A stretch of 64,000 nt of DNA from NCBI RefSeq assembly GCF_000315625.1, contig NW_005434632.1:281901-345900 (forward strand). Reading direction: 5' to 3'. Both the position numbers and the translations under genes were made by a program. Positions 26,041-37,393 of this stretch are shown piece by piece; positions within the stretch are counted from its first letter, which is position 1; each line of letters starts with the position of its first letter. This stretch comes from Guillardia theta CCMP2712 (lineage: Eukaryota > Protista > Cryptophyta). Below the pieces are notes generated by a model that was not told the origin of the DNA, did not search any database, and was given only the letters and a program-made list of their open reading frames with translations.

Positions 26041-26215
26041 GGATCGAGGAAGAAGAGATAGTTTCTCACCATAGAGCTTCATTCTCTCCCTCTCTCTTAT
26101 TCTCTTGCTCTGCTCTCCTTGTCTTACTCGTCCTGACCTGCCATGTCGCCGCCCAGTCGGGGGGGCTCAAGACGGATATTTTACTCAACTTATGAAGTTC
26201 GCAATGGCGAACATG
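22700..26215 (-). CDS. Hypothetical multi-pass membrane protein, multi-exon (5' end uncertain, may extend to ~26500)
   Basis: Splice-bounded exons include hydrophobic segments (VQNFLILHMIILCLF; CAITVYLRLNFVVVASCLAVDIFLF; VLWKFLLSVHIFSGVSLVCL) and soluble C-terminal exons ending ...NFDPLDRISGLW* at 22700. No family recognised. Confidence 0.5.
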
Positions 26216-27045
26216 CGAAGGAGGGAAGGAGGGAAGGAGGGAAGGAGGGAAGGAGGAGGGAGGGGGAGAGAGTAGATGGGGGGAGGGAGGATGAGACGAG
26301 AGCAGGTCATGGAGGGAGGAGATGGCAGCAAGGGAAGAGAGGGAGAGTAACGAGGGAGAAGGAGGAAGGGAACGTTGATCGACGGATGGAGAGAGGAGAG
26401 CAAGAAGACGGATCGGGCGGGATGATTCTAGGAGGAGGGGGCTACCTCGCAGGAGAGGGCGGAGCCGCGATGACCATAGTCGACGCCTCCTCCGAGGGCG
26501 CTGAGGGGGTTTGAATGGCTATCTATCCTCTATTCTTCCTCGCTCCCTTGCTCCCTCCCTCACTCATAACCGCCCTCTCCCTTCTCCTTCTGCTTGCTCT
26601 TTGTCTTGTTGAAACTTGTTTATATTTGCGCCATATATCCTATCCTCTGGCTGCTGAAATCATCCATGATAATATTTACGCGCAGAATCTCGTTTCCCTA
26701 TTCCATGTTTGTTGTGAAGCATAACATTCAACATCTCTTTCATCTTTTGTTGAGCATCAACTTGTTCTTCACTACAACACCGGTCGCCTGAATTGTATCT
26801 TTATCTTTCCTTTCTTAGACTGTTCCCACTCGAACATGTCCAGATGGTTTGCAAAGACATCGAAATAAGGATCTCACACCGATCGTATACATACAAAATT
26901 CATTATGAACTAAGATCGACAAAATGAACAAGATGAGAAACAGGGGAAAAGAAAACTAGGAAAAAAACTTTCAGTGCCAGAGGGAAAATAAAACAAAACA
27001 AACAAGGTTGTGAATTGAAAGTCATCTTGGAAACAGTGACAATCA

Positions 27046-30000
27046 TCACTCAGCTTCCATCACGTGGAGATCATCCACAGCAGGCGCGCCGTTGCCGTTG
27101 GAGCCGTTAGCGTGAACCGCATGCGACGAGGCTGCATCGTGCCGCTCTATGGAGATCCTGACTTGGAGCTTAGAGTTTCTGATCTTCTTGGCCTTCCGGG
27201 CGTTGACGAGGCTGAGTGACATCTCAGTCCCGCTCTTGGAAGCATCCAGCTCCTTGAGATCGATGATGGCAGTGCCGATCAAGTCGTCCTTGGTGATCTG
27301 GAGAACAAGACGTCAGCAGGGGCAGGGGAGGGCAGCCAGAAGGGTCGCAGGGGCTACTCACGTTGTCTCGGTCCCAGACGGAGATGGTGAGGAAGTTTGT
27401 ATCGCTGTACATGTCCCATGAGAACTCTTGGTTCCACTTGGGGTTCGGCTCCTTGGAGAACGTCTCCGTGACGTACGTCTCCGGCTCCCCGGACCCATCG
27501 ACGTAGGTGACACAGTAGGGGTCGCAGCTCCTGATCAGATCCATCCGGGGGAGGTCGGAGGCTCCAATGATGGTCAGGTTGATCACCCCTACCTTCCTCA
27601 GGAACTCCTCCAGCCGCTTCATCATGCTCTTCTCCACCGCCGGCAGCTGCCCGAGCGACTTCACCGCCAGGGACTCAAGAACTTGCGCCATGCGCTTCTG
27701 CTCGTCCAGAACCCCGATCTGAAGCATGTTCATCACCAGCAGACGCCTGGCAGGAGCAGCAGGGTCAGCGCACGTCAGCGACGGATGGAGGAGACGGGGA
27801 AAGGAGGGAGGAAGGGAGCTGGGTGAGAGAGGAGGGAGGGACTGAGCTGGTGGAGCCAACCTCATATTCTCGATGCCGACGACCTCCTTGAACTCTTGGT
27901 TCCTCCTATCTCTCTGCTCCAGCACGTTGCTCCCGTACCTCTCCATCACATCGAGCACCATGTCGTTGCCGTAGCCGTCCACCATCCCGGCAGTCCTGTC
28001 GTGCTGCCCGTCCTCAGTCTCCGGGGTCACTTGCTTGGAGCCCTTGGACGACTTGGTGTCGAGGAGTCTCTGAAGGCCGTTGATGTCGAGTCTCACCCCG
28101 CCGTGCAGGAGAATCTCCTTCTTGTCCTCGAGCTTGCGATTGATCTCTGACTGGACCTTGGACGTCTTGCCGATCTTGGCCTTCTCCTCCTTCAGCAGCT
28201 TGTGGAACTCTTCGTCCGACATGAAGCGTGACCCCAGGGGCAGGACTTTCCTCACCGCATGCCACACCACATCCGCTATCTCCTCGACAAGACCCGTCGC
28301 TCCCTCCGTCGCCTGCTTGACCGTAGCGTACGCATCGACGAGGATGGCAAGGAAGATGTTGAAGAGGATGAAGAAGACGATGAACATGTAGGACCACAGG
28401 AAGATGTAGAAGGCGAGCGGAGTAGCCGCATGGGACATCTGGACAGGCTCTTGTCAGATCAAGGCAAGCGCAAGTCAGACATCACCGAAGCATAGAACTG
28501 AGTTGCGTCTAAACTCAACAGCACGATGGTCAGCGTGATACAACAGTGAGAAAGATCTTGCATGCCCTGACACACACAGAGGCTTCAGACCCTGCTCGCG
28601 CCCGTGAAGCTTCACCCTCACTTACCTCGTATTGGTGCCCAAACAGCAGCACACCGACAATGGCGTATCCCAAGAACACGATGATGAAGAGGAGGACAAA
28701 GTGCCACAAGTCACTGGCGGCCTTTGCGATCGTCCTCGTCACCATCCCCATCCTCTCCTGGAAGTCGAGGGACTTGAGCATTCTGAACACAAAGAGAACG
28801 ACCGACACGCCCGAGAAGAAGGAGAAAGTCTCCATCCAGCCGGTGATCTCCCTCATCGCGTTGGTCAGCTGCAGGAAGTCATACTCGGCAGCGTTGTTGG
28901 TGCGGAACATGCGCGCCATGGCAAAGTTGGTCACGCTGATGGGAACTTGGAAGGGAGTTGGCGCAGTTGCGGCAGACCTCCGAAGTGCGGAAGTCGACCT
29001 CCTCGAGGAGGTGGAGTTGCCGTACTCAGGGCCATAGAAGAGGATCGGGTAGTTAGTGTGGAGCTTGAAGGTGAAAGCGGAATCCCTGTACATGAGCCAC
29101 GAAATCACTGAGCCCCACATGAAGAAGAAGTGGAAGAGGTCGACCCAGTTGAAGGGATCGGAGAGGTACTCGTAGAGCGCAAAGCGCTTGACATGCAGGA
29201 AGAGGTCTCGCAGCTCGATGAGGCAGTTGATCGAGAGGAAGAGGACGACGATCACCATCAGGACGATCTGCACGCGTGTGGGGTAGAGGATCCTGTCGAT
29301 GGAGATGGTGTTGATCTTGTAGTTCCACGGGATGTTCCCTCCTGATTCCCAGTTGAAGGTGAACTCGGAGTACATGAAGATGTTCTTGACAGCATTGAAG
29401 GTCACAATCTCAACGGAGATCTCCTTGGTCTGAGAGTCGATGAACTTGCCATCCTTGGCAAAAGTGACCATCTTGAGGGCCTGCTTCTGCGTGAGCCTCT
29501 CATCGAAGTAGAGCTTGAAAAAGTCCTGAGAGTTCGCATCGATGTACTCAGAGGGCTTCCTGAAGAAAGATCGAGACCCCCCCGCCGCAAGCTCCTCTGT
29601 GCTCAACATCCCGTTCATGTTGGTGTCCAGCGCGTTCTGGTTGTATTTCTGAGGGAAAAAGCCCTTGGGAAAGCCATACACCACGTTGCCGCTGGCGTCG
29701 GTGGAGTTGTACCGCTCGCCGTAGCCGTAGAAGGTCTCGGGCCGGAGCTTGCCGTCATAGATGGAGCTGAAGGTCATGAACGTTGGGTCGTAGCCGAACG
29801 GCTCCGAGTCATACTCGTTGAGGATCGGGCAGCTGATCCCTGAGCCAGCCGACGAGGTGAAGCTCTTGACCTGGCCGTCTCGGATGTTATCGAGGCAAGA
29901 GTTCTGCTTCAGTCGCTTCTGAGTGACCATGACCGCCCCGACCAGTCGGTTGTAGGGCGTCAGCTCCCTCACCTTGGGGGTGAAGGATGGGATGACCTGT

Positions 30001-33000
30001 GGGCTACCCTGGCTCGCGCTGAAGTACTCCCAGACTGAGAAGTCGTGGTGATCGGTACAGGTCAGAGGAAGGCTCTCAAGGAAGGTGGCTGCGTTGACGC
30101 AGGAAGGATACCCTCCATACCCGGGGCACTTGTCTTGCGGGCAGAGGTTGTCGTAAGAGTCTCTGGTCCCGATGACGCAGGACGTGCAAGGCATGCACTG
30201 AAATGTCTTGGAGGTGCTTTTCTTGGCGCAGTAAGAGCCACTCTGACAGTCATAGTGAGTCGTGCACGTCTGATAGTTCCTCGTTTCCGAGAGCTCGGAA
30301 GTGATCGATGACAGCTTCAACGACATGGAGAGCTTGCCGATGCCAGCAAGCTTCTCGAATGAGGCTAAGACGGAAGCGTTCTTTGACAAGATGGTGTTGT
30401 ACGCGTCCACAAGATCGTAGTTAGACCCTGCCAAGACAGAGACCTTGATCGAATACCCAGTAGCGTTGGTGTAGTTGTACGTCAACTCGGTGGCTGTTAC
30501 GGACAATCCGATTTTCAGTTTGGCTGGGTTCGGCACGAAGTTCTGCAATGACTGTAGCAAGTGCTGCTGGTATGTCTCGTTGAAACTCGACAAGCTCCAT
30601 TCATCGATCTGGACCTCGACGTAGAAGGATGGGGCGGGATACACAGTGAAGGTCTTCTGCGAGATATCGCTCATGATGTTACCACCCTTACATGCGACGG
30701 CATAGAGCGTAACGGGAGAGGCGCGCATAACAGTCGTGGAGAAATTGTAGATCTCTAACACGGTCGATGCTGCGGAAGCGTTAGAACATGACAGTGAGTC
30801 CTTGGAGTAGGAGTATGCGTAGTCGTTTGATCCTGAGGTGATGTTCAACTTCGCATACGTCACTCCGTTGGAATTGGGTCCAAGGTTGTAGTTCAAGATT
30901 TGTACAGGGAGAGTGAACACCTGAGAGATAATCGGTTGAGGTAAAACACAGTCACTCTCGGTGAAACTCATGCACAACGAATCCTTGCTGCCAAGACTGT
31001 AGACAGCATGAACAGTTGATCCTGACGGCACTGGGTAGGTGAAATGATAGAACTGAACTGATGTCGTGGAAGTGCTAGATTGAGTTGAAGTTGTTGGTGC
31101 TGCCGGGCCCGATCCCTGAGCAGACCCAGGCGGACCGGAAGGACCGCTCAAGACAGAAGGAAACTCAAGGCAATTGGACGATGGATCAGGAGGAAACCCT
31201 ATCGCCTGGGTTGACAAAATGACGCCATTTTGACTACTACCAGTAGCGAGATTCTTCAGAGTCAAGCATGCTTGTTTGTCGAAGGTCAATGGACTTGTTG
31301 ACGTCGTGCTCAAATAAATCGTGTTCTGAGCTTGTGTCGCCGTCTGCTGGCATACCGTCCGCGAGTTTCTACCGTTGAGACTAAGAGGAAAAGAACACGA
31401 AGAGGAAGACGTCGGCGGTGATGGTGGAGAAGGAGGCGAAGACGGAGGAGAAGGGGGCCCGGACGGCGTCGGTGTAACCGTTTGTTGAGACGTCGTCAAA
31501 CCCGATTGGGAGGAGTTTGCTGTCGCCGTGGTCTGACCTTGAGATGCGGTCTGACCGGGTCCGGAGTTCGATGACGTGGTAGTTTGGATCGAATGAAGTT
31601 GACCTCCTGATCTTGTAGTTCCACGCAGGTACTGAATCGTGTCTCCTTGTGTCTGCTGTTTTGAAAGCAGCTTCCGTGCTGTAGAAGAGCGAGGTTCACC
31701 CGAGCCTCTGTTTGAGATGCCTCTGCGACCGATCGATCTGATTCTATCCCCCACATCCCGAGTTGGTACAAGTGAACGTCGTCGGGACTGACAGTTTCCT
31801 TGAGCCTTCTGAAAGAACAACTTGTTCTGAGAAGAGTACGCTCCCCCAGTTGTATTCGGCAACACAGAGCAAAACCCAACCTGGAGGTAGGCAGTGAGTC
31901 TCGTGACGTACAGATCTGACAAGGTTGCATACCTGAACCAAGTTCTCGGTGAGCTGTGAACTGCTCGGTTTCATAGTGATGGTGCCATTCAGTCCATAAC
32001 TTGACAGAACCCGAAGAAACGTGTCTAGCAGGAAGAAGATCGACAATCAGTCCCAAGATCATGGAAACAAGCAAACATCACCGAACGAATACAGGCTCTG
32101 ACAGTGGGGATCTGATGCGCCTTGCTGGGTAGAACAGTAGTTTGTAATTCCTTGTGAGATCAGGAAGGATGAAGTAAGATACTCTCTCTCATCGCCATAT
32201 TCATAATCACTGAGGGAGCTCCGCGTAGGAACAGTACTGGTACATGTGTCAATTCAAACTTAAGAGCGTTTCAGCACGTACTTGGGATCGAAGGGATAGA
32301 AGTTCTGTATGGTCGTGAGGTCGACGAGTGAGCTCGTTTGGCTGGTTTGGTAGAAGACAAGGGTCAGATTGCCGTCAGGGACATCTACAGATATTGACGC
32401 CGATGTTGTCGGGGACTGATCATCAGCAAACAAGAAGTCTCCCATTGTCTCGCTGTAGATGTTGAACTTGAACCCAGCCTGTGCAGAGTTGGCAATGCTG
32501 TTGATGCTCTTCACATTCCAGCCAAGGGACGTCGCGCTGGTACCGATCACATCCTCGAGGTCGATGGTAAGGGTGGTTACTTGAAGGTAGTTGCCGCAGT
32601 CTGCAGCGCAACCAAACCTGCCGAATCCCGGATACTCATCCGGCGCATCGCATGTGCCGTCGCCACAGACGGGGTCAGTGAAGACATTGGATATGACAGC
32701 TGTTGACAACCACTTGTAGAAATCATCTGAGCTTGTCAACATTCCTGCTGCTCCTACATTTGAATTGGTGTATCCCCCTGTGCCGAGCGTTGGGAGCTGC
32801 CCAATGATCAGGTTGATGATCGAACTCTCCATGGCGAATGAGTCTGTAACATTGCGCTGCGTGAAGAGAAGTATGGCGAACAAGATGAAAAAGAGTGCAG
32901 TTGCAGATAACTTGAAGTAAGCATGAGATCTATGTAGTTTGTCTTGAACTTTCTCCAGAAGGCCATCAACTGCAACGTGGTGAGATTGATCTGGCTTTCC

Positions 33001-33174
33001 CGAAGAGGGCCCGAAGATCGAACTTGACTCCAGGTCTTCGAGGACAACTTCGACGGCTTCCATCCTGTCCTTGTAGACATGCGGAGGTTCGAGCAGAGAA
33101 GAGAAATCCTCTTCTTCGTTCTGCCTCCTCCTTCTGCCATGAATCGCCGCAATGAGCCCCCCCCGCGGCAGCAT
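27046..33174 (-). CDS. PKD2: Polycystin-2 / TRPP-like cation channel with very large S1-S2 extracellular region and C-terminal C2 domain, multi-exon
   Basis: TM1 (YFKLSATALFFILFAILLF). DPVCGDGTCDAPDEYPGFGRFGCAADCG motif. Polycystin-domain motifs NRLVGAVMVTQKR and FIDSQTKEISVEIVTFNA. S2-S6 (YLSDPFNWVD; FRMLKSLDFQERMGMVTRTI; LFGHQYE; FFILFNIFLAILVDAY). C2 domain (NLTIIGASDLPRMDLIRSCDPYC..PNPKWNQEFSWD..TISVWDRD). Confidence 0.9.
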
Positions 33175-34512
33175 TGTCAACGACCTGAATCTACTACCGC
33201 CCCTCACTACTCTTCAAAGCTTGCTATAACCCCTTTCTGATCACCCCTACCCCTCTCAAATTTACCCTACCCTACATTCGAGCAAAGCTACCCGTACCTA
33301 TCATACTACCCCTATTTCACCTCCGTCATTTCTTGGATTTGGACCCTTGCGAATGTCATCATACTGGGTTCACAGAGCGGCTCTTTCAACCTTAGGTGAA
33401 ATTCACTATTCTACACCTATAAATTCAGCAGTGTCTACCCAGGCGCCTTCTCGAGAGTCCCCAGACAATGATCACCCTTCCTTCAAGAGACATTCATAAC
33501 CCCTACCCACTCTACGTTTGTCCCAAAGTTCTGAAAATGCTCCACCACCACCCCCATGTCGTAGCCTAGACCACCCTCATATTTACTACCCCCTCCCTAG
33601 CGACATATTCATCACAAAGTCACGTGGTATGATAAAATCGAAATCAAGTGGTTTCGATCAGACACCCCTACCCCCTATCATACATACCCCCATGAGAAGT
33701 TCTGGACCCAATGGAAAGAAACTTCCTCTTTCATAGGACCCAGAGTAAACTGATTTCCTATTTGAACAAAGTAAAGGAATAGATAGGGCCTATGCCCCTA
33801 CTCCTTCTTTAACGCCTACCCATGTCAAATTTCTCCCTACCCCCACCACCTACCTCTACCACATTCTCACCTGGTGCTGACAGGCCCCCACTCACTCAAG
33901 TAATAAAATGCCACTCTTTCTGCTTCAGGTACCCCACCTTATTACGTACCTTCTGGCTATAAATGAGGGGTGATTCAAGTAGGGGTGTGCTCGCGCTTTC
34001 CGGAGACCTCTAGACTGGTGGAGTGACCAACATGGTGGGGGGGTGGCATGTGGGCGTTTGCTAAGTTACAAGGGTTTTATAAGAATACTGAAAACTTTAG
34101 TCAAACAGCAATAATGAACTCGCCCCCTTGAAAGTTGTCGGTCCATCACTACCCCCACCATGAGCTCCTATGAAAATTGAAAGGGTACATAGTGATTGTC
34201 ACTAGAGGACCACCCCTACTACGACCGGCCGGGACGGTACGGCACCGGGTGTGGACCCCCCTTTTCATTGTACCACGGTAAAAGATAAGGCAATAATAAT
34301 GTAGGGCTGTCCGATCAAGTCACCTGTCACGGCCGCGTGACCTCGCCGGTTCAGTGCCCAGGGTGACTTTCACATTCAAGTTCATAGTACTAGTGTCTAG
34401 TGTCGATGATCAAAGTTTTTTAAAAGTCACCGTCCGTCCCGAGTCCGATCATCCGATCACTTCGAGGGGAACTCAAACGGTCAAGTTAAAAATCAGTCAG
34501 CCTGCCAGGTCT

Positions 34513-34614
34513 CGCCGTTTGGCCCGGCTGTGCGACAGTAGTAGTGTCAGGGTCAAGCCTCCTCGACTTTCATTATTGTCCTCGTACTGATTTTTAACTT
34601 CACTTTGAGTAAAG
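34513..34614 (+). repeat. Dispersed ~95-bp repeat, copy A
   Basis: CGCCGTTTGGC..TGTCAGGGTCAAGCCTCCTCGACT..ATTGTCCTCGTACTGATTTTT..ACTTCACTTTGAGTAAAG, shared with 56929-57020. A short end-like match also occurs at ~35841-35863. Confidence 0.85.
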
Positions 34615-34949
34615 GGGACCGTCGGACAAGGGACGGTCCGATCGCTGGCACCGTGGCTTTTCCTCCGAGTCGACTCGGCGAGCCTCGGACTCGGGTACTA
34701 TTCCTCGGAGGAATACTCCAGACTCACCGGGGGGGCCGGGACTCAGTGACTTGGACTGGTACTATCATAGTATCGGATTCGAGTCCCGGAGTCTGAGTGC
34801 TGCCGCCAAATCAGCGGAACTTGAAGACTGGTGGACCGGGAACCTTTGGCGGACTCATCCGGCCCGGATTAAAGACTGTACGGTCACGGTCACGGTGTCA
34901 CGAGTCTAGCCATCCGAAATCGGTTCATGCACTTGAATTTTGCGTGCAG

Positions 34950-35680
34950 TGCCATGACCGACCGTGCCACCCGGTGTACCGTACGGTCACTGCGGCTGTG
35001 ACTCCCGGCGGAGTCCGACTCCCGCCCGGCCGGGGGGGGGCGGCGCGGCCCGGGCCCGGGGCCGGGCCCGCCCGCCCGCCCACCTTCCTTCACCTGACCG
35101 GTTCATCGGACACAGTACTGTCCGGGACGGGGAGCGGCGGAAGGATTTCACACCGGCGCCGGGTAACGGTACCGGAAGTATGCCATGATGGGGGCCGCCG
35201 GGCCCCGCCGGGCCGGCCGCGGAAAATCAGAAGCCGCGGCGGCTGCCCCCGCTGACTCGGCGGGTCGGGTCGCGCCGCCCGGCCGCGCCGCGCCGTGTGA
35301 CAGGCCGCCGGGGGTGAGTCCGGTCAGCCCGGCTGTGCCCCGCCGCCGGGCGGCGGCGAGCGCGGCGCTGCCGCTGCGGCTGAGCGCGGCGCTGCCGCTG
35401 CGGCTGAGCGCGGCCCCGGCGTGTCAGTGACCGAGTCCCGGGCCGGGCCCGGCCTCTCCGGGCCCGCGCCGGGCCGCCGGGCCGCGCCGCCGCCGGGCCG
35501 TGCAGCCTGCCGGGCCCAGGCTCAGGCACTGCCCGGCCTGGGCGCCCGGGCCGGCCCCCCCGCCGGCCGCCGCAGACGCGCGGCCCGGCCGGTGGCATTG
35601 AGTCACTGAGTCACTCAGCCTCCGCGGCACCCTCGGACCACCACTGTGACTCGTGACTACTACTGGCACGGGCCGTCATG
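34950..35680. other. Extremely GC-rich non-coding island (GGCC/CCGG/GGGCCC words, 24-bp tandem duplication at ~35358-35415)
   Basis: Low-complexity R/P/G/A ORFs in all frames. Same sequence type as 1090-1170, 16370-16640, 17825-18015, 37285-37305, 56780-57112 and 59230-59280. Confidence 0.7.
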
Positions 35681-35989
35681 ATGATTCCGCGTGCAGTGCC
35701 TGAATCTTCGGAATTAAATGATGGCAGGCTTTCAAGTTTCGGAACTTACTCCGATCGGATCGGACGGGGCACTGAGGGAACTCCCGCGGCGCGGCTGACT
35801 TTCACAACACTGCGTGCCCGCTTGGTGCATGTCACATGGTTTCAACTTAACTTTGAGTAAAGGAGGTTACCTGCAACACTGTGACAGAACTGGTAACACC
35901 GAAATTTGAAACTGTGACTCGCTAGTCATTGTGGAATGTGGCTGATGTTCAAATTGTCCGTCCTCCATGCCCGCATCATTTGAGCACAT

Positions 35990-36700
35990 CAACTTCTGAA
36001 ATTGACTTAATCCGTCTTGTTGTGAGCTTTCACTTTGCAACCTGAAACATCTCCCTGATAGGTGAGAAGTCGATAAGCATGCTGAACGCCATCCCCAGCT
36101 CATATATACCATCATCAGGGCAATGTCAAGTTTCGAAGCCTGATGACCACGCTGTCCTCGACGTCCTAACATTTTCAACTCCCGTAACAAAGGTACCAAA
36201 TCGCGTTGAAAACGCGATTATCTCATCTTGTACATCCTAGATACTATCTTGCCGCAATTTATTGTGAAACAAACAAGCATTCGCAGCTTGGCTCGCGTAT
36301 GACTGGGAGTCAACTATTGGTTTCAGCCACACACACACTTTAGTGATGGTGAGGCTTGTAGGTTCCGTCGCAACGTTGCTGACGGAAACGTTACTGTTCA
36401 GAGGATAGGCATGAAGTCTCAAATCACCTGGAAAGTAGAATGCTTGGCATACTCCGACTTGGAAGAGGGGGTCATTTTCCACACGATGATGCCAGTAATC
36501 ACACCACCAGCTGCAGCATCAGGCTCAGTCTACCCACGATGCCGGGTGCAAACCGAGTGCATCACCAAGAAAGGGCCAGACTTCCTCACGGCTCAACTCC
36601 TTGATCGACTTCTGCCAGAGGCTCATGGATCGGGAAGAGGCGGGCTGGCACCAGCTGCAGTAAGAGGGCAGAACGGAATGGGATTAAAGTGAACCTTGGA
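35990..36700 (+). pseudogene. Possible degraded spliced gene fragment of unknown identity
   Basis: Several intron-sized GT-AG segments (36193-36240, 36349-36401) separate coding-like pieces, but no consistent open frame could be built. Confidence 0.25.
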
Positions 36701-37393
36701 TACAACACGCTGGGTGAGAGAACGGAGACCTTGAGCGATCATCTGTTGATCAAAGTCACGCGGATGTCAAAGATCGAGCTGGCGACGTCGACATGCTTGA
36801 AAACAACATGTACTTCGACTAGAAGCTGTATTTCTTGTCCACTACACATTGCAACTATTCTTCAGCATCACAACTCTAGCTTGATTTCCCGAGAAATGCT
36901 CCTCAGTCCCTTCAAGTACAAGGAGCAAATCATTACACGTCCTTGACAAACTCCTGTTCACCCCAACATCCCCCACTCCCCTCTGCCGCCTATCCTCTCC
37001 CGCATGCTGCGGCAAGACTTTTAAAATAATGTTGAGGCCGTAGTTGTTTTCATATTACTGATTCTACGTAAATATGTAAAAACAATTTTGAAATTATGTA
37101 CTTCTCATACAAAAATCATTTTTATCATGCCATTACAGCAATTTTTTTCTATTGTATAAGAAGGAAATACCGCAACACATATTATAAATTTGTATAGTAT
37201 CTTATTGTTTCCTTAAAAAGATCCCCCGTACTATTACAGCTCTGTGGTACTGATCCAGGCTGGTCTATCGGCGTAGTAGTCCAAGGCCCGGGCGGGCCCC
37301 GGGCAGCGTTCAGGTATGACTGAAGCGGTTATTTTGGTCGTTTCAAAGCGGTTATTTGTAACCGCGGTGTCGGAAATGCTGATGCAGCACGAT

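Noticed and set aside
34797-35669. R/P/G/A-rich ORFs in the GC island
   Set aside because: Expected from stop-codon scarcity in very GC-rich DNA. Present in all frames and both strands.
36020-36480. JmjC/cupin-like hints (FTLQP, YIPS, GVNYWF)
   Set aside because: The motifs are in different frames with stops and lack the metal-binding residues, so the evidence is too weak to name.
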